From Thalia democratica (lineage: Eukaryota), in NCBI GenBank assembly GCA_965202585.1, contig OZ241832.1:35898001-35962000 (forward strand): 64,000 nucleotides of DNA. Reading direction: 5' to 3'. The translations under genes were made by a program, and so were the position numbers. Below, piece by piece: positions 1 to 11,472 of this stretch. Every line of letters begins with the position of its first letter. The stretch's first letter is position 1. A model generated the notes under the pieces. The model saw only the letters and a program-made list of their open reading frames with translations. It was not told the DNA's origin and ran no database searches.

Positions 1-1297
1 TATGTAAGTGCATTGCTTCTTTGCTTTTAAAACGCATTTACCTATTGTTGTGCATTGGAACTAAACCTAGAAACTTTTTTAAAAAATCAAAGTCAGTAAA
101 AACACCTCTAATAATAATCTCAGATGAGCGATATTTATTGTACCAGTACTCTCAACTTAACAGATTGATTTAAGTTCTTATTTGATTTATGCTTCTTTAT
201 AATTTTCATAGATTTACTAAACACGACTTCTTTTTGTCATTGAAGAAATAAAGAAAAATATTTTACTACCTCCAAAATAAATTCATAAAAAAATTTTTAA
301 TTCTAAACAGTATCTTCTTTTTAGTAATTTTTTTGCTACTTTATAACTTGTCTTAACAGTTTTTTCTCATCAGTCTGTAGTTACTGAACTAACCATTTGC
401 TTTATTGAAACTAACTATAGCTATTTGTTTTTTTTTTGTTTTTCTCGCAATAACTCCTAACTAACGTTTTCTAATTTTTATAGCTTGTCTTATATTTCAT
501 ATTTACTCTTTAAATACGACATCTATATTGCAGAAAAAGAATTGCTATACTTTTCGATCAAAAGTTAAGTTTTTCTATTTTACTAATGGCTTAATAAACT
601 TTTTTATTTTGTTAAAAATGTTTAAGAAACGTAATTGTCCATTCATGCTGACTTATGATATTATTTTTGCTATATATTTAATTGACTGTTAATAAATTCG
701 TTAAATTTTTATTTTGTGACTTTATTTTAAAAAGGGTAGCCAAACATACATTCTAGTTTAAAAATTAAAAAAGTTCAAACTAAGTTAAACCTGCTTGAGA
801 CATTTAAAAGAAACTCAGGTAAACTTTTATTTCAAACACTTTAAACAATTCTTCGAATTCTCAGAACAGTTTTTATGATTGTAGTGTAGTTTACTAATTG
901 TAACTTTTTCTGGTCTACTTATACATTGTCTATTTTTTATACTGAATAAATGAAATAATAAGCAAATGATATTTTAGTTAGGTATCTGAGCTTCATTAAT
1001 TGCAAGCTTTTTGCACTTTTTTTTAAAGTGGAAACCATGTTAAAAGCTAATTAATTACTAATAAGGTTATTTGTTAGTGTATTAGAGCATTAATTATGTT
1101 AAAAAAGTACACAGTTAATTAAGACTTAAGTATATTTGTCAATGTATATTTTTCTCCAATAAGTATTTACTATTAAAATAGGCATTCTATGTGTGGCTAA
1201 ATATCATTAAAATTAATAAAGTGAACAAAAGTAAAATTTTCTTTAATGTGACTAAATCAAAAATCAAAAAAATATTCCAATGTCACTAAAACTAAAA

Positions 1298-1365
1298 CTG
1301 CGGCTCGCGAAGATTTTGGAAATTTGAAATTTGGCCCGCGAGCACCAACTGCCTGCCAACCCCTG
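1298..1365. mobile_element. Right end of a hAT-type non-autonomous element (relic)
   Basis: GC-rich island with cggctcgcg/ggcccgcg subterminal motifs, ending in ctgccaacccctg (reverse complement CAGGGGTTGGCAG, hAT-like TIR). Partner end not found. Confidence 0.45.
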
Positions 1366-2183
1366 CTCTAGACAATTAAAGGTGACTTGAGATAGTTTTT
1401 GGTCCTTCAGTATGCATTTTTGACTCAGAGAATGACTACCTTATGAATATTTCATGACTATAAGTATTAGAATATAGTGTTTTATTTGCAATCTAATTTT
1501 ACTCAAAAATTTTTAAATGCCTGTTATAAAATAGTTTATTGTTTAGTTTGAACTAGATTAGACTTATAAGGTTAAGAAACACTGCTTATAGACTATAGAA
1601 CTTATATCTTTTAACAAAGTATTTTTTTTTTGGCTTTTAAACTTGAACTTAAGGAACTTATATAATACTTTTAGTATTAAATCTCAAAAACTAGTTTGAA
1701 TTATAAAAAAAAAAAAACAGTAAAAACTATTTCTATCTTTGTTAAAGATCATTAAAATAAGATCAATTTGTAAAATAAATTTCATACCTCCATTTGACCT
1801 TAACTATCATTTACAAGAATGTTCAAGTATTACTATTAACTAATTTTTTTTAAATTTTCCCTAATTCAAGTAAATGCTTTTTATGGCTAAAAATAAACAA
1901 ACTGATTAATTTTTTTGAAAACTTTAAATATAGAACCTTAAACAATTTTAGAAATTAGTTTAGTTTTTATTTTACTCCAACATAAAAAAAAGAGTCTTAA
2001 AAATTGTACTAATAAAATATTTTAAGATAATGTAAACTTATCAGTTTAACTTGTTTAGTTTTGTAATAAGTTTTAAATTTTTAATTATTGTTACAGCTGC
2101 AAACTTCAACTTTCCGTTAACTACAAATTTGTTATTTATTTTATCTGAACTTAACTGATTGGATAAAATTACTAATACTAAGC

Positions 2184-4712
2184 ATGAACAATGGCCAACC
2201 AGTGAAACGGGAGTCTTGTCTCTTAGCATTCACATCATTCATCACAGCATCAAACCCTCACAACAAGTGTGGAAGTGACGGGCTGCCCCTCACTCCAAAG
2301 TCCACTATAGCTCTTGGCTATGGCCTTGAGCTTTGCAGCATAAAGCACAAAAACATTTGCCCTTACATTGACTTCAAGTGTGGTAAAGATGGAAGAATTT
2401 TTGCTGTGTCACAATATTTTACAACTTCACTGGCTGATTATATTGAAAGAAGAGTAAAGTTTAGTGAGGACAGGGCAGGTAGTGTCTGTTTGTTTTTAGC
2501 AAAGTCTATATTTGAAGGATTAGAGCATTTGAATTCTAAAAAATTAACTCATCAAGGTCTGTGCCCTAGTAAAGTTTTGGTTGATTGTAATGGGACTCCT
2601 AAATTGTTAAACTTTGGAATGCATCATATCACCGACTCAACAAAACTGATAGATTTTCCATTGTCTGAACCAAAATATTCTTCACCTATAAAAATTTTAC
2701 AAGAACACACCTCTCAAACAGAGACTAAATTTTACAGTCCTGATGTTTGGGCAACTTGTTTAATAATACTAGAAGTGTTCCATGGACAGTACCTTAGTTT
2801 TGGCTCTAGCATCGAAGAAACATTTGATAACATACTTAGTTTATGTCAGTTGGAATCCAGTTCTGAAGTTTTGAATAAAGTCATTACCTTTTTTCCAAAT
2901 CAAGTAAGACCTTTTGATGAAAACAACTTAATTGAAAACTCTCTAAAGCAAGTTCTGGAAAGTGGTTTAGTTATAGACCCTAAGCAACAGAACACTGCTA
3001 AATCAATGTTATATTTATTGAAATCCATAGAATTACCATTAGACAGTGTTCAAATGCAGTGTAACAAAAACGTTTTAGAAAATGAAGAACTTAATGGGTT
3101 GGATGATATGGATTGCAAAAGGGCTTGGCACTTATGGAATCTAGCTGGAGGAGATGTTTCAAATGTCTATTCTCTTCAAGCTGGCAATAAGACTGCCCCT
3201 ATCAACCGCTTGCCTTGTTACATGGCAAAAAATGGTGGTTTGCATGGCCAGGAAAGTACACCTGAAGCATTGTATGATCCAAAACCGACTGTACTGCCTC
3301 TAGAAACTCTTAGAAACCGCCTTAAAGTAACTCCTGAGAATTTAAATAGAATTTATCCACTGCTGTTAGAAGAGTTTGAGCAGCAAGAGATGGTTGAAAC
3401 TTCCAAGCTTCCATTGTTGATTAAAGAAAATGATTTTGACTACCAAGTTTACAGGATGGCTTTATGCAAACAAGTTCTCGAGTCTTATCCATATAAAAAG
3501 GATATTCTGTGGAAAACCAGCAAGATAGACATTCCACCAGCATACAGAGGAGAGCTGTGGAGTAAGCTGCTGGATGTAAAAGGAAACGAGGAAATTGAAG
3601 AGTTCTACTGCGACATTGACAAAGAAACACCCATAAAAGCAGACCATCAGCTGAGTGTGGACATTCCACGATGCCATTCTTACAACAAGATAATGTCTTC
3701 ACCTGCTGCCCACAGAAAATTAAAGCGGGTGCTCAAAGCATGGCTCAACACTCATCCAGAACTTACTTACTGGCAAGGTTTTGACTCCTTGTGTGCTGTT
3801 TTCCTCCACTGTAATTTTAATTATGAGGCAAGAGCTTACTTTTCCATTTGCAAGTTTATAAAAAAATACATGCATGGCTTGTTTAGAAAGAACAATAGTG
3901 ATGTTCTGCAGGAATACTTGGCTGTATTTTTCTTGCTGCTCTCATTTCATGATCCACATTTGTATTTACACCTCAAGAGTACAGACCCGCCCTTTGAACC
4001 AAACTTGTTTGCCGTTCCCTGGTTCCTAACTATGTTTGCCCACGTTTTTCCTCTTCACTCCATAGTTCATCTTTGGGACACTTTACTGCTTGGAAATGCT
4101 TCATTTCCACTTTGTGTGGGAGTTGCCATCTTGACTGAGCTGAGATCTCATTTGCTGCATGCTGACTTTAACGAATGCATACTTTTCTTTTCAGAGCTGC
4201 CTCAAATAGACATTGGTTCTGTCATGGAAAAGTCCATCAACTTGTTTTGCCAAACACCAAAAAGTGCCACTCACCGCAAGCACTCGCCTGAGCTACAGCG
4301 ACCTCAAGCAGAAAAACTGAGAGCCTCCCTGCCCAAAGTGGAAGAGCTGAAAGCAATGCACTGCTGTCAGATTTCGGGGGAAGAGCTCATAGACCTTTGC
4401 GGGTTGAAAAACTATCAAAAGAGCAGCGGGAGGCTGAAAAGCATCTTGGTGATTGACATCCGCCCCAAAGGGGACTTTCAGAGAGGTGCGGTGCCTGAGA
4501 GTCACAATGTTCCTTGGAAGGAGAACGTGAAGGTGCCCGCAAACGTTTTGCAGCAGAAAAAGTGGAGCCTGGTAGTGGTGGTAGGAAGGGGTGGTGAGGA
4601 GGATCAGATGTTTAGCAGGATGCTACTGGAAGTAGGCCTGCAGAAGGTTTGCGTTCTCAGGGGAGGAATTGAGAGTTTGAAACTGGTTGGGGTTTTGATA
4701 GTTCCCAGTTGA
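2184..4712 (+). CDS. TBCK: TBC domain-containing protein kinase-like protein (pseudokinase + TBC Rab-GAP + rhodanese-like domain), 842 aa, single exon
   Basis: Uninterrupted ORF. N-terminus CGSDGLPLTP matches the TBCK signature (C-G-S-x-G-L-P-L-T-P). Kinase fold is degenerate (HQGL for HRDL, NFG for DFG). TBC catalytic fingers are intact (LSVDIPR, YWQG), followed by FAVPWFLTMFAHVFPL. C-terminal rhodanese-like segment ILVIDIRPKGDFQRGAVPESHNVP. Confidence 0.97.
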   Translation: MNNGQPVKRESCLLAFTSFITASNPHNKCGSDGLPLTPKSTIALGYGLELCSIKHKNICPYIDFKCGKDGRIFAVSQYFTTSLADYIERRVKFSEDRAGSVCLFLAKSIFEGLEHLNSKKLTHQGLCPSKVLVDCNGTPKLLNFGMHHITDSTKLIDFPLSEPKYSSPIKILQEHTSQTETKFYSPDVWATCLIILEVFHGQYLSFGSSIEETFDNILSLCQLESSSEVLNKVITFFPNQVRPFDENNLIENSLKQVLESGLVIDPKQQNTAKSMLYLLKSIELPLDSVQMQCNKNVLENEELNGLDDMDCKRAWHLWNLAGGDVSNVYSLQAGNKTAPINRLPCYMAKNGGLHGQESTPEALYDPKPTVLPLETLRNRLKVTPENLNRIYPLLLEEFEQQEMVETSKLPLLIKENDFDYQVYRMALCKQVLESYPYKKDILWKTSKIDIPPAYRGELWSKLLDVKGNEEIEEFYCDIDKETPIKADHQLSVDIPRCHSYNKIMSSPAAHRKLKRVLKAWLNTHPELTYWQGFDSLCAVFLHCNFNYEARAYFSICKFIKKYMHGLFRKNNSDVLQEYLAVFFLLLSFHDPHLYLHLKSTDPPFEPNLFAVPWFLTMFAHVFPLHSIVHLWDTLLLGNASFPLCVGVAILTELRSHLLHADFNECILFFSELPQIDIGSVMEKSINLFCQTPKSATHRKHSPELQRPQAEKLRASLPKVEELKAMHCCQISGEELIDLCGLKNYQKSSGRLKSILVIDIRPKGDFQRGAVPESHNVPWKENVKVPANVLQQKKWSLVVVVGRGGEEDQMFSRMLLEVGLQKVCVLRGGIESLKLVGVLIVPS

Positions 4713-6699
4713 TAGTTGGTAAGTTTTGTTTCATTTGGCGTTTAGTTTGTTTTAAATTTTAAGTGCTATGTTTTAGTTATTTGAATCATAATGTTTTAGA
4801 ATAATGCTTTTATGGGTTTTTAATAATTTTATAAAGTTTGTTTTGAAGTATCATCGTGATCATAAGAACAACAATTTTTTATACTGAGTATTTTCATCTT
4901 TTTGAATTTAAAACAAGCATAAAATGCTTTTATTTGAAAAACTTCAATGTTTATACGGGTTTTTCTTAAATTCTATTTTATTAAAACTAAAGTTTTGAAT
5001 TATTTATATTTAAGGTTTGTAAGCTCATATTCATTCTTTTTTCTAACAGTTAAAAAGTTGTGCTGAAAACTAGTTATTGATATTTAAAGTTTGTCATTTG
5101 TGCATTTAGATGTTTTTTTATACTAAAGTTTAGGTAAAAAATATTAATTCTTTTGATTATTTGCTGCAGCAATTTTAAAAAAGCTACAAAAGTTGTTGTT
5201 TTCAAAAGTTTCACAATGTGCAATAATTTAATGATATATATGTTTTTTTCTTGTTGATAAAATATGTATGTAATTCATTTCACTGTTACTTTTTAAACTA
5301 TCAACATTTTTGGTTATAAAACTACTATACCAATTTGAATTTGCTTTAACGAATGAAATAAGAATTTTCAGTGTTTAAGGAAAATTGTTATTGTTTAAAA
5401 GATAAAACCTGATTTATTTAAATCACTGACATTGGTTCAATTTTTTCTGAGCTTAAGTAACAAAAGTTAATACAACTAAAGGACCATTAGTTTAGTATTT
5501 TGAAACAAAATTAGTCCTTTCTTAACAACTAAATTAAGTTTTTTTTTAGTTTTTACTTAATTTTTAATTTTAGTTAATAATTTGATTAGTAACAGAATTT
5601 TACACAAATAACAAATCTATAAGTTAAGTTTTAAACTGTTTTATGAATTGCTGTTAAGTATGATTAGCTTAAAAGTTTAAGAAAATGTTTAGTAAGTTAA
5701 ATGTGTTCTATGAAGTTGTTTGCAATTGTTGTTATGTTAGTAAAATTTTGCAATAAATATTTTTGTTTTCACTCAGTGCATTTTTTATTACTTACTTACT
5801 TAGACTTTGTTTTATTTTAAACAAAACATTTTCGATCTAAATAACATCGTAATGTTATATATTTTCAATGTACAGTTATTAGTTCTTCTATTTTATTTTA
5901 CGTATCACGTATTTTTTGGTTTGTGAACTGCACCCCTTAATTTTTACCAAAAAGTTAAAGAAAAAAACAATTTAGGTTTGTTTTTTCAATTAATAGTACA
6001 CTTTATATTGTTTGCACTATCCGGAAATAATAGTTAGTAAATTGATTTAGAAGTTTTGGGTTATGACCTAGGAGTATAGGTTAATTATTTTACATACTTT
6101 GATTTGAACAAATTACCTAATAATTTAATATGTTTATGTTAACATGTTTGGACTATCATTCAGGTATCTTATTTTCTATAAAAACTACTTTAATAACGTT
6201 CATAGAGTAGCTTTTAAACAAGTAGTAATATTTTATTACAACTTTAACAAATAAAGCTGTTTCAATTAAAAATGATAATAATTTTAATTACAAAGACAAC
6301 GACAATCCTAAATTGGAATTTTAAAGCCTGAAAAGTAAAAATAAATGACTACGATGAATAATTCAATAAAAAGTATAAATAATTAATGTTATAAAAATCA
6401 ATAAGTTAATTTAGCGTTATTGTTAAAATAAACAAAATAAAAAGTCATGTATAACCAAAGTTTATTATACTTACAAATGTTAACATTTTGAGTATAGTTT
6501 TAGATTTATATTATATTAATATATTCACATTTTACAGAAAAAAACACGTTGATACAGTTATATGTTGTATACAGTTTTAGACAAATGAAAATTACGAAAA
6601 TAGTTACTTTTAATAGTCAATTTTTTAAATTAAAAACCAACTACGTGAATTTGTTTATTTAGAAGTTACTTTTGAAATTTGTCAAAAATATCAATATCT

Positions 6700-7790
6700 T
6701 AATTTTTCCGCGTGATGAATATAAAGAGCTTGCCTTAATTTACATTGGAAATCAACCCTTGCAAGGTTTCACTTCTCAACGTCCTGGAGCTGTTTCCAGA
6801 GCTGGATGGATAAGCAAAGTCATTTACGCTGATAAGATAGTTTGCTATCAAAACAGAACTCGTTAAAAACTATTTTTGACACCACTTGTTTAAAAAAGTA
6901 CGTTTTCAATAAATCCTAGTCGCTGCTAGAGCTACAGTACAGTTGATCCAATACGGAATGCAGCAGTTTATGCAAAGATCAGTAAAAATTTCAGTTTCTT
7001 TAAACAATGGTGTCAAAAATTATTTTTAATTAGTTCTGTATTGATAGCAAAACTGTTTTATTAGCGTAAAATGACTTGGCTCGGCTGCAGTTGTAAGTTT
7101 TTAGAAATGTTTTCATTCATAACATTATGCAAATGAGGTAAATCGATTATACAGCAATATCAAAAACATTTATACTCTTATCTCAAACCCACCTTACCCA
7201 AAATTTTTAATTTACACCCTTATCTCTAACCAACCTTACCAAAAAGTTAAAAATTGAACCAAAAAAAAAAAAATTACTTAAAATAATATAAGTAAAATAT
7301 TGGTTAATTAGAAGCGACCTTAGACATGCAGCATTTTAAATACAAAATTACAAAAGTTCTGATAGGTTATGTGCAACCACTGCATTAAGTTCCATAAATC
7401 GCTATTTCTGGTATCTTGTTGAAGAATAAGTTTGATGATGATACAAATTGATCATTTCAAGCTAAGATATTTGATGCTTCAAATCATCAAATAAACAGAA
7501 TAAGCCCCACACATTAAGAAAAAATAATGAGTTACCTAAACATCCTGTTTGGTCTCATGAGAAGCGGCATTTAGCAGACTTTGTTGGAAGCAATTCCAAT
7601 TTTTTTTATCCTAGACTGCATTCATCCTTTTCTCATAAAACAGCAAGAACAATGGACTAGCGACAAAAATACTTAGATGCAAAATCAATAAGAAATTACA
7701 TGAGTGTTGTCAATGACACTGCCGATTTAGGTATTAAATTATCAAGGGAAATTTTGAAATGAAGACACGTTTCCACGAAAACACTTTTTC
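6700..7790 (+). mobile_element. Degenerate DNA transposase relic, probably hATm-like
   Basis: Broken frames encode PRDEYKELALIYIG..QRPGAVSRAGWISKVIYADKI (cf. recalled PRDDY..PGA.HHARWMAK.IY..KI), ALSSINRYFWYLVEE (cf. HLWYLSEE) and MSVVNDTADLGIKL (cf. VVND.AERGVKL). Multiple stops and frameshifts. Confidence 0.7.
6812..7080. repeat. Inverted repeat (~80 bp arms, ~100 bp spacer) inside the transposase relic
   Basis: 6812-6896 (gcaaagtcatttacgctgataag...gacaccacttgtttaaa) matches the reverse complement of ~6998-7080. Confidence 0.75.
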
Positions 7791-7844
7791 ACGAGATTAG
7801 AAAGTATACAAAATAAAAGAAAACAAGAAAAAATATAAAAAAAC

Positions 7845-8010
7845 GAAAAAAAAGTTATCGACCGAGCGTAAAGGTTAGAGGTAAATATAGATATTAAACA
7901 ATAAAATTAATATAAAAAATTAAAAGAAAATCAACTCGCGCAAAAGTGTCTTTGTGCAAAAATGTCCTTTCGTGCAAAAGTGTCCTTTCATGCATATTTG
8001 ACCTGTCTCC
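7845..8010. mobile_element. Right half of a TTGCAC/GTGCAA-array MITE (family of 22963-23569); further scraps at 8605-8680 and 8940-8975
   Basis: accgagcgtaaaggttagaggtaa plus tandem ~18 bp gtgcaaaa(a/g)tgtc units ending in tttgacctgtctcc; homologous to the right arm of the element at 22963-23569. Confidence 0.7.
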
Positions 8011-8400
8011 TCCGGGCTTAGACTATCAATTTTAAATAAAACTTAATTTTGCAGCTAAAACTAAATAAAAGGTAGGTTTTACTTTTCTAAGCAAAAGTAA
8101 TTATAAAACTACACAAGAAAGATCTACTAAAAAGTAAAGTTTGCGAAATAAATACTTTTATAATTTCATTTTAACTATGAAATAGGTTTTACAAAAACTA
8201 AATTTGTAAAACTTTTGATTTTCGATATAACAGCCTTTTCTATAATCTTTTATTTATTAAATATTTTAAAATTCTAACAATTCAACAAGTGCGTAACGCT
8301 AAGCAAAACATTCTTATGAAACACTTTTAAACTTACATATGCGTTATGATGTTTAAAAAAATAAGGAACAGAGTTCTCTACTTCAAGAAGTGAATAAAAC

Positions 8401-8496
8401 GTGGTGTATGACTCGATAACCAAAAGATTTTTTTCCGTAAACCAGGTCCTTAGACCAAACTTTTAGAGCGCTTTTTTATCACTGTTCAATAAACAA
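8401..8496 (+). repeat. Dispersed ~95 nt hairpin-forming repeat, copy 1 of 6
   Basis: gtggtgtatgactcgataacc...accaggtccttagaccaaac...aataaacaa. Other copies at ~12313, ~19231 (+) and ~41751, ~46639, ~47814 (-). Confidence 0.8.
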
Positions 8497-9846
8497 TAAA
8501 ATACAAATTGTTTTTTTTAAATATAATTAGTAAACAAAAACTCGCTCAATGAGGTCATAAGTACTCAAATTTAAATCTTACTTAAATATTATCTATCTTT
8601 AGTATCGTGCAAAATTGATGCCTTGCAAAAATGTCTTGGTGCAAAAATGTCCCTTCGTGCAAAAATGTCCCTTCGCACTTATTTGAAACCATTTTTCTGG
8701 TTAAAACACCGAATAAAATATATCTATGAACGGCGTAAAAAGATGCTTACTTTTTTCTTACAATAAGTCTTATTTAAACTAAAACTAACATCAAGGACTT
8801 GTTTATCATAAGATTAAAATGCCTTGGTGATGAATTTATATGGATTAGGGTCAGTTTTGCACGAAAGTATAAAAGTAGAAAAGTAATAGAAAACAAAAAT
8901 AACAAAAGTAAAAGAACATATAAGAAAAAAAGACAAACAAGTATAAGGATTAGGGGTAATATTGATAGTAAACAAAATTAAAGCAACTGTTAATATTAAC
9001 CTTTTTTTTATTATTTAAATAACTAAACTATAATAAAGTTTGTCTAACAGTGTTTTTAAAAATATAATTATTAATTTTAAAAACAGGGATGAGTTTAATA
9101 TACTTATCCTGGTGTTGAATAAATTAGATCTAGTGGTATAAACTTTTAAAAACAGAAAAGTTTACTTTTTTATTAAATACCTAGAAAATTTTAACTTATC
9201 ATGGTTTAATAACTTTAATGCTAACAGTTTCTAGTAAGTTTTAAACCAGTTCACTTTTGTAAAAAAAAATTAAAACTTCAACGATTAAAAATACTTTCAC
9301 TGCTGGCCAAACACAATTAAATGATGTATAACGTTTAAATTTTAAAAGTAAATATCTAACAAAGGTATAAAGCATGTCTTCAAGAGTCACCCATAGTTAA
9401 CCGACGATTCGTGCAAAAAGATGTAGTTGGTGCAGGTTTAATATTACATTTAAAATATATTACAGTTCAGTAGCACTAAATACTTTAAAGTTTTTTGTTT
9501 TAAATCTTATAACGCTTCTCACGAAAATAATATAAAAACAGTTTTATGTAAGGAGTTTAGTTGTCGAAAGCAATAAAAAACCGCTTTCAAAACAAACATC
9601 GTTTCTTTTCTTCGCACGACATAAAGCTGTGAACTCACATGTAAGTAATATAAGTACCTACTAATCATTAACAGTATTGAGTTCTGCAAACTCACGCCCT
9701 TAAGTCTTATTAAGCAAGGAAGCATGTTTACTATAAAAACATGCGGTATTGTAGTATCCGAAGCTTTACGTAAGAAATGAATTTACGGAAATGCGTATTA
9801 ATATAGTTTAGCAGATTTCTGTGCAAGCGTTCTGCTTTCAAACTGT

Positions 9847-9934
9847 ATGGTAAAAAAGTATTTCCGCTTTATCTTATTATATTGGTCTTTCTTATGGGCT
9901 GAAAACAAAAATGATAAATTTTACGTCGACTTGA
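9847..9934 (+). pseudogene. Orphan first (signal-peptide) exon of a BPI-like gene
   Basis: Nucleotide homology to exon 1 of A1 (attggtctttcttatgg, tacgtcga.tt.a|gtaaa) and a copy of the upstream gcccttaagtctt block at ~9697. Reads MVKKYFRFILLYWSFLWAENKNDKFYVDL with a phase-1 GT donor. No exons 2-6 of its own. Confidence 0.65.
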
Positions 9935-11269
9935 GTAAAGCAGGTTGTATTAAGTAAGAACAAAAAATCAGTAAAATAAGCAATTAGTAAAAGCAGTTGA
10001 AAAGTTTGTTTTTGAACTAGAACCTAGCTTTTTCTACAATATGATACATTTAAAGTTATAAATTTTAGGAAGCGTTAGTATTTGTGAATTTTAATGGCAA
10101 CTCTTTTATTTTAAGTTTAAAATACTGAAAAGTTAACATTCTGAGGAAAATTCAAACACAAAATATAAAGAAAAAAAATGTTTAAAAATAAACAATACTT
10201 ATGTTAGTTAAATGAAATAAGATATTTTTTGACCAATTAACACATATTGCTTACGAGCGAAATATTTTATACATTAAACTGTCAGTATTGTGATTAACAT
10301 AGTATTATAAGCAATAAATACTTTAACATTTATACAACTACTAGTCAAATTTTGGTCCCTAATAATAAAAAATGTTTAGTTTTTTCTAAAATCAAACCTT
10401 TTCTGCTTAGAATCAGTATTTATATATATATATTTAAAAAGTATATAAAAAAATAGTTAAACTGCTTTATCCAACACTTAATTAAGCTAAGTAAGTATAA
10501 GTAAACTTTTTTTTTGTAGTTAACGATAAAATAAAATAAGTTACAATGTTTTGCAAATAAATAAAACAAACTACATTGATTAACATCTTTGAAAAACGTT
10601 AATAATCGTTTTAATTAAGACAATAAAAACTCCGCTAAATTTATTTAATTAAAATATCTAAAAGTTTTACTACATAAAGTTTTTAATTCATAAGTTAACT
10701 AAAAAAACATTTCAAGTACTGTAGCTAAATTAGTTCTAAGAAAAATAATGAAAGTTTCAAAATTATGACTACTAGATTTTTTATTTGTATACACCTTTTC
10801 GGGAGTGAGTTTTACTATAAATGCATTTAAGCAAAATTCATTTTGCCAAAACAGTTTAAAAGTATTTATGACTTTAGGAGTGTGGTATAAAAACGCTTAG
10901 TATCGCTAAAAATTTATTCTAAAATAACTTGAGAAGTTTTGATGTGTAGCTGTTATTATAGCAGCATAGTTTAAACTTGTTTTTTGTTAACTAATATACA
11001 AAATTAAGTGTTTGTTTCTTGAGTTTGATAATTATTTTATAGAAGCATGTTTATACACTTTAAAACAAACCTTTTATATTTGTTTATAATATTTATATGT
11101 TTAAAATATTATGCAAGGACTGTAGTTTCTGGAATTAAACTACATGTTTTACGAAAACACAATTTTAATCGATAAGAGATATTTATTTAAGCGAGTAATA
11201 TTAGAAACATGTTACTAATCTGTTTAAACTCGGTTTTAAGTGTTAAAAAAAAATTTATCAAGTTTTAAA

Positions 11270-11472
11270 AATCTATGCCCTTAAGTCTTTTGGAGCAAGT
11301 AAAACTGTGTTTGATTGTAAAACAAGTGGTCTTTTAATTTCTGCTACTACGATATTACTTACGTAAAACATTAAATTTGTTAACGTACACCAAACAGCCT
11401 TTTTTTTGGCTTTTAGTATAAAAGAAAAACAATTAACTAATTTTGTCACAATTTATTCCCACATCTAGAAGT
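11270..11472 (+). promoter_or_regulatory. Conserved proximal upstream block of the A-type BPI-like genes, with candidate TATA box at 11417
   Basis: gccct(t/a)aagtcttttggagcaagtaaa(a/g)ctgtgt recurs upstream of A1, A2, A4 and A5, and in part upstream of A3 (-). TATAAAAG lies ~55 nt before the ATG in A1 (11417), A2 (18335) and A5 (42628). Confidence 0.55.

Noticed and set aside
3421-4505. Minus-strand ORFs 3421-3702, 3462-3677 and 4293-4505
   Set aside because: Antisense shadows of the TBCK coding sequence with no recognisable motifs.
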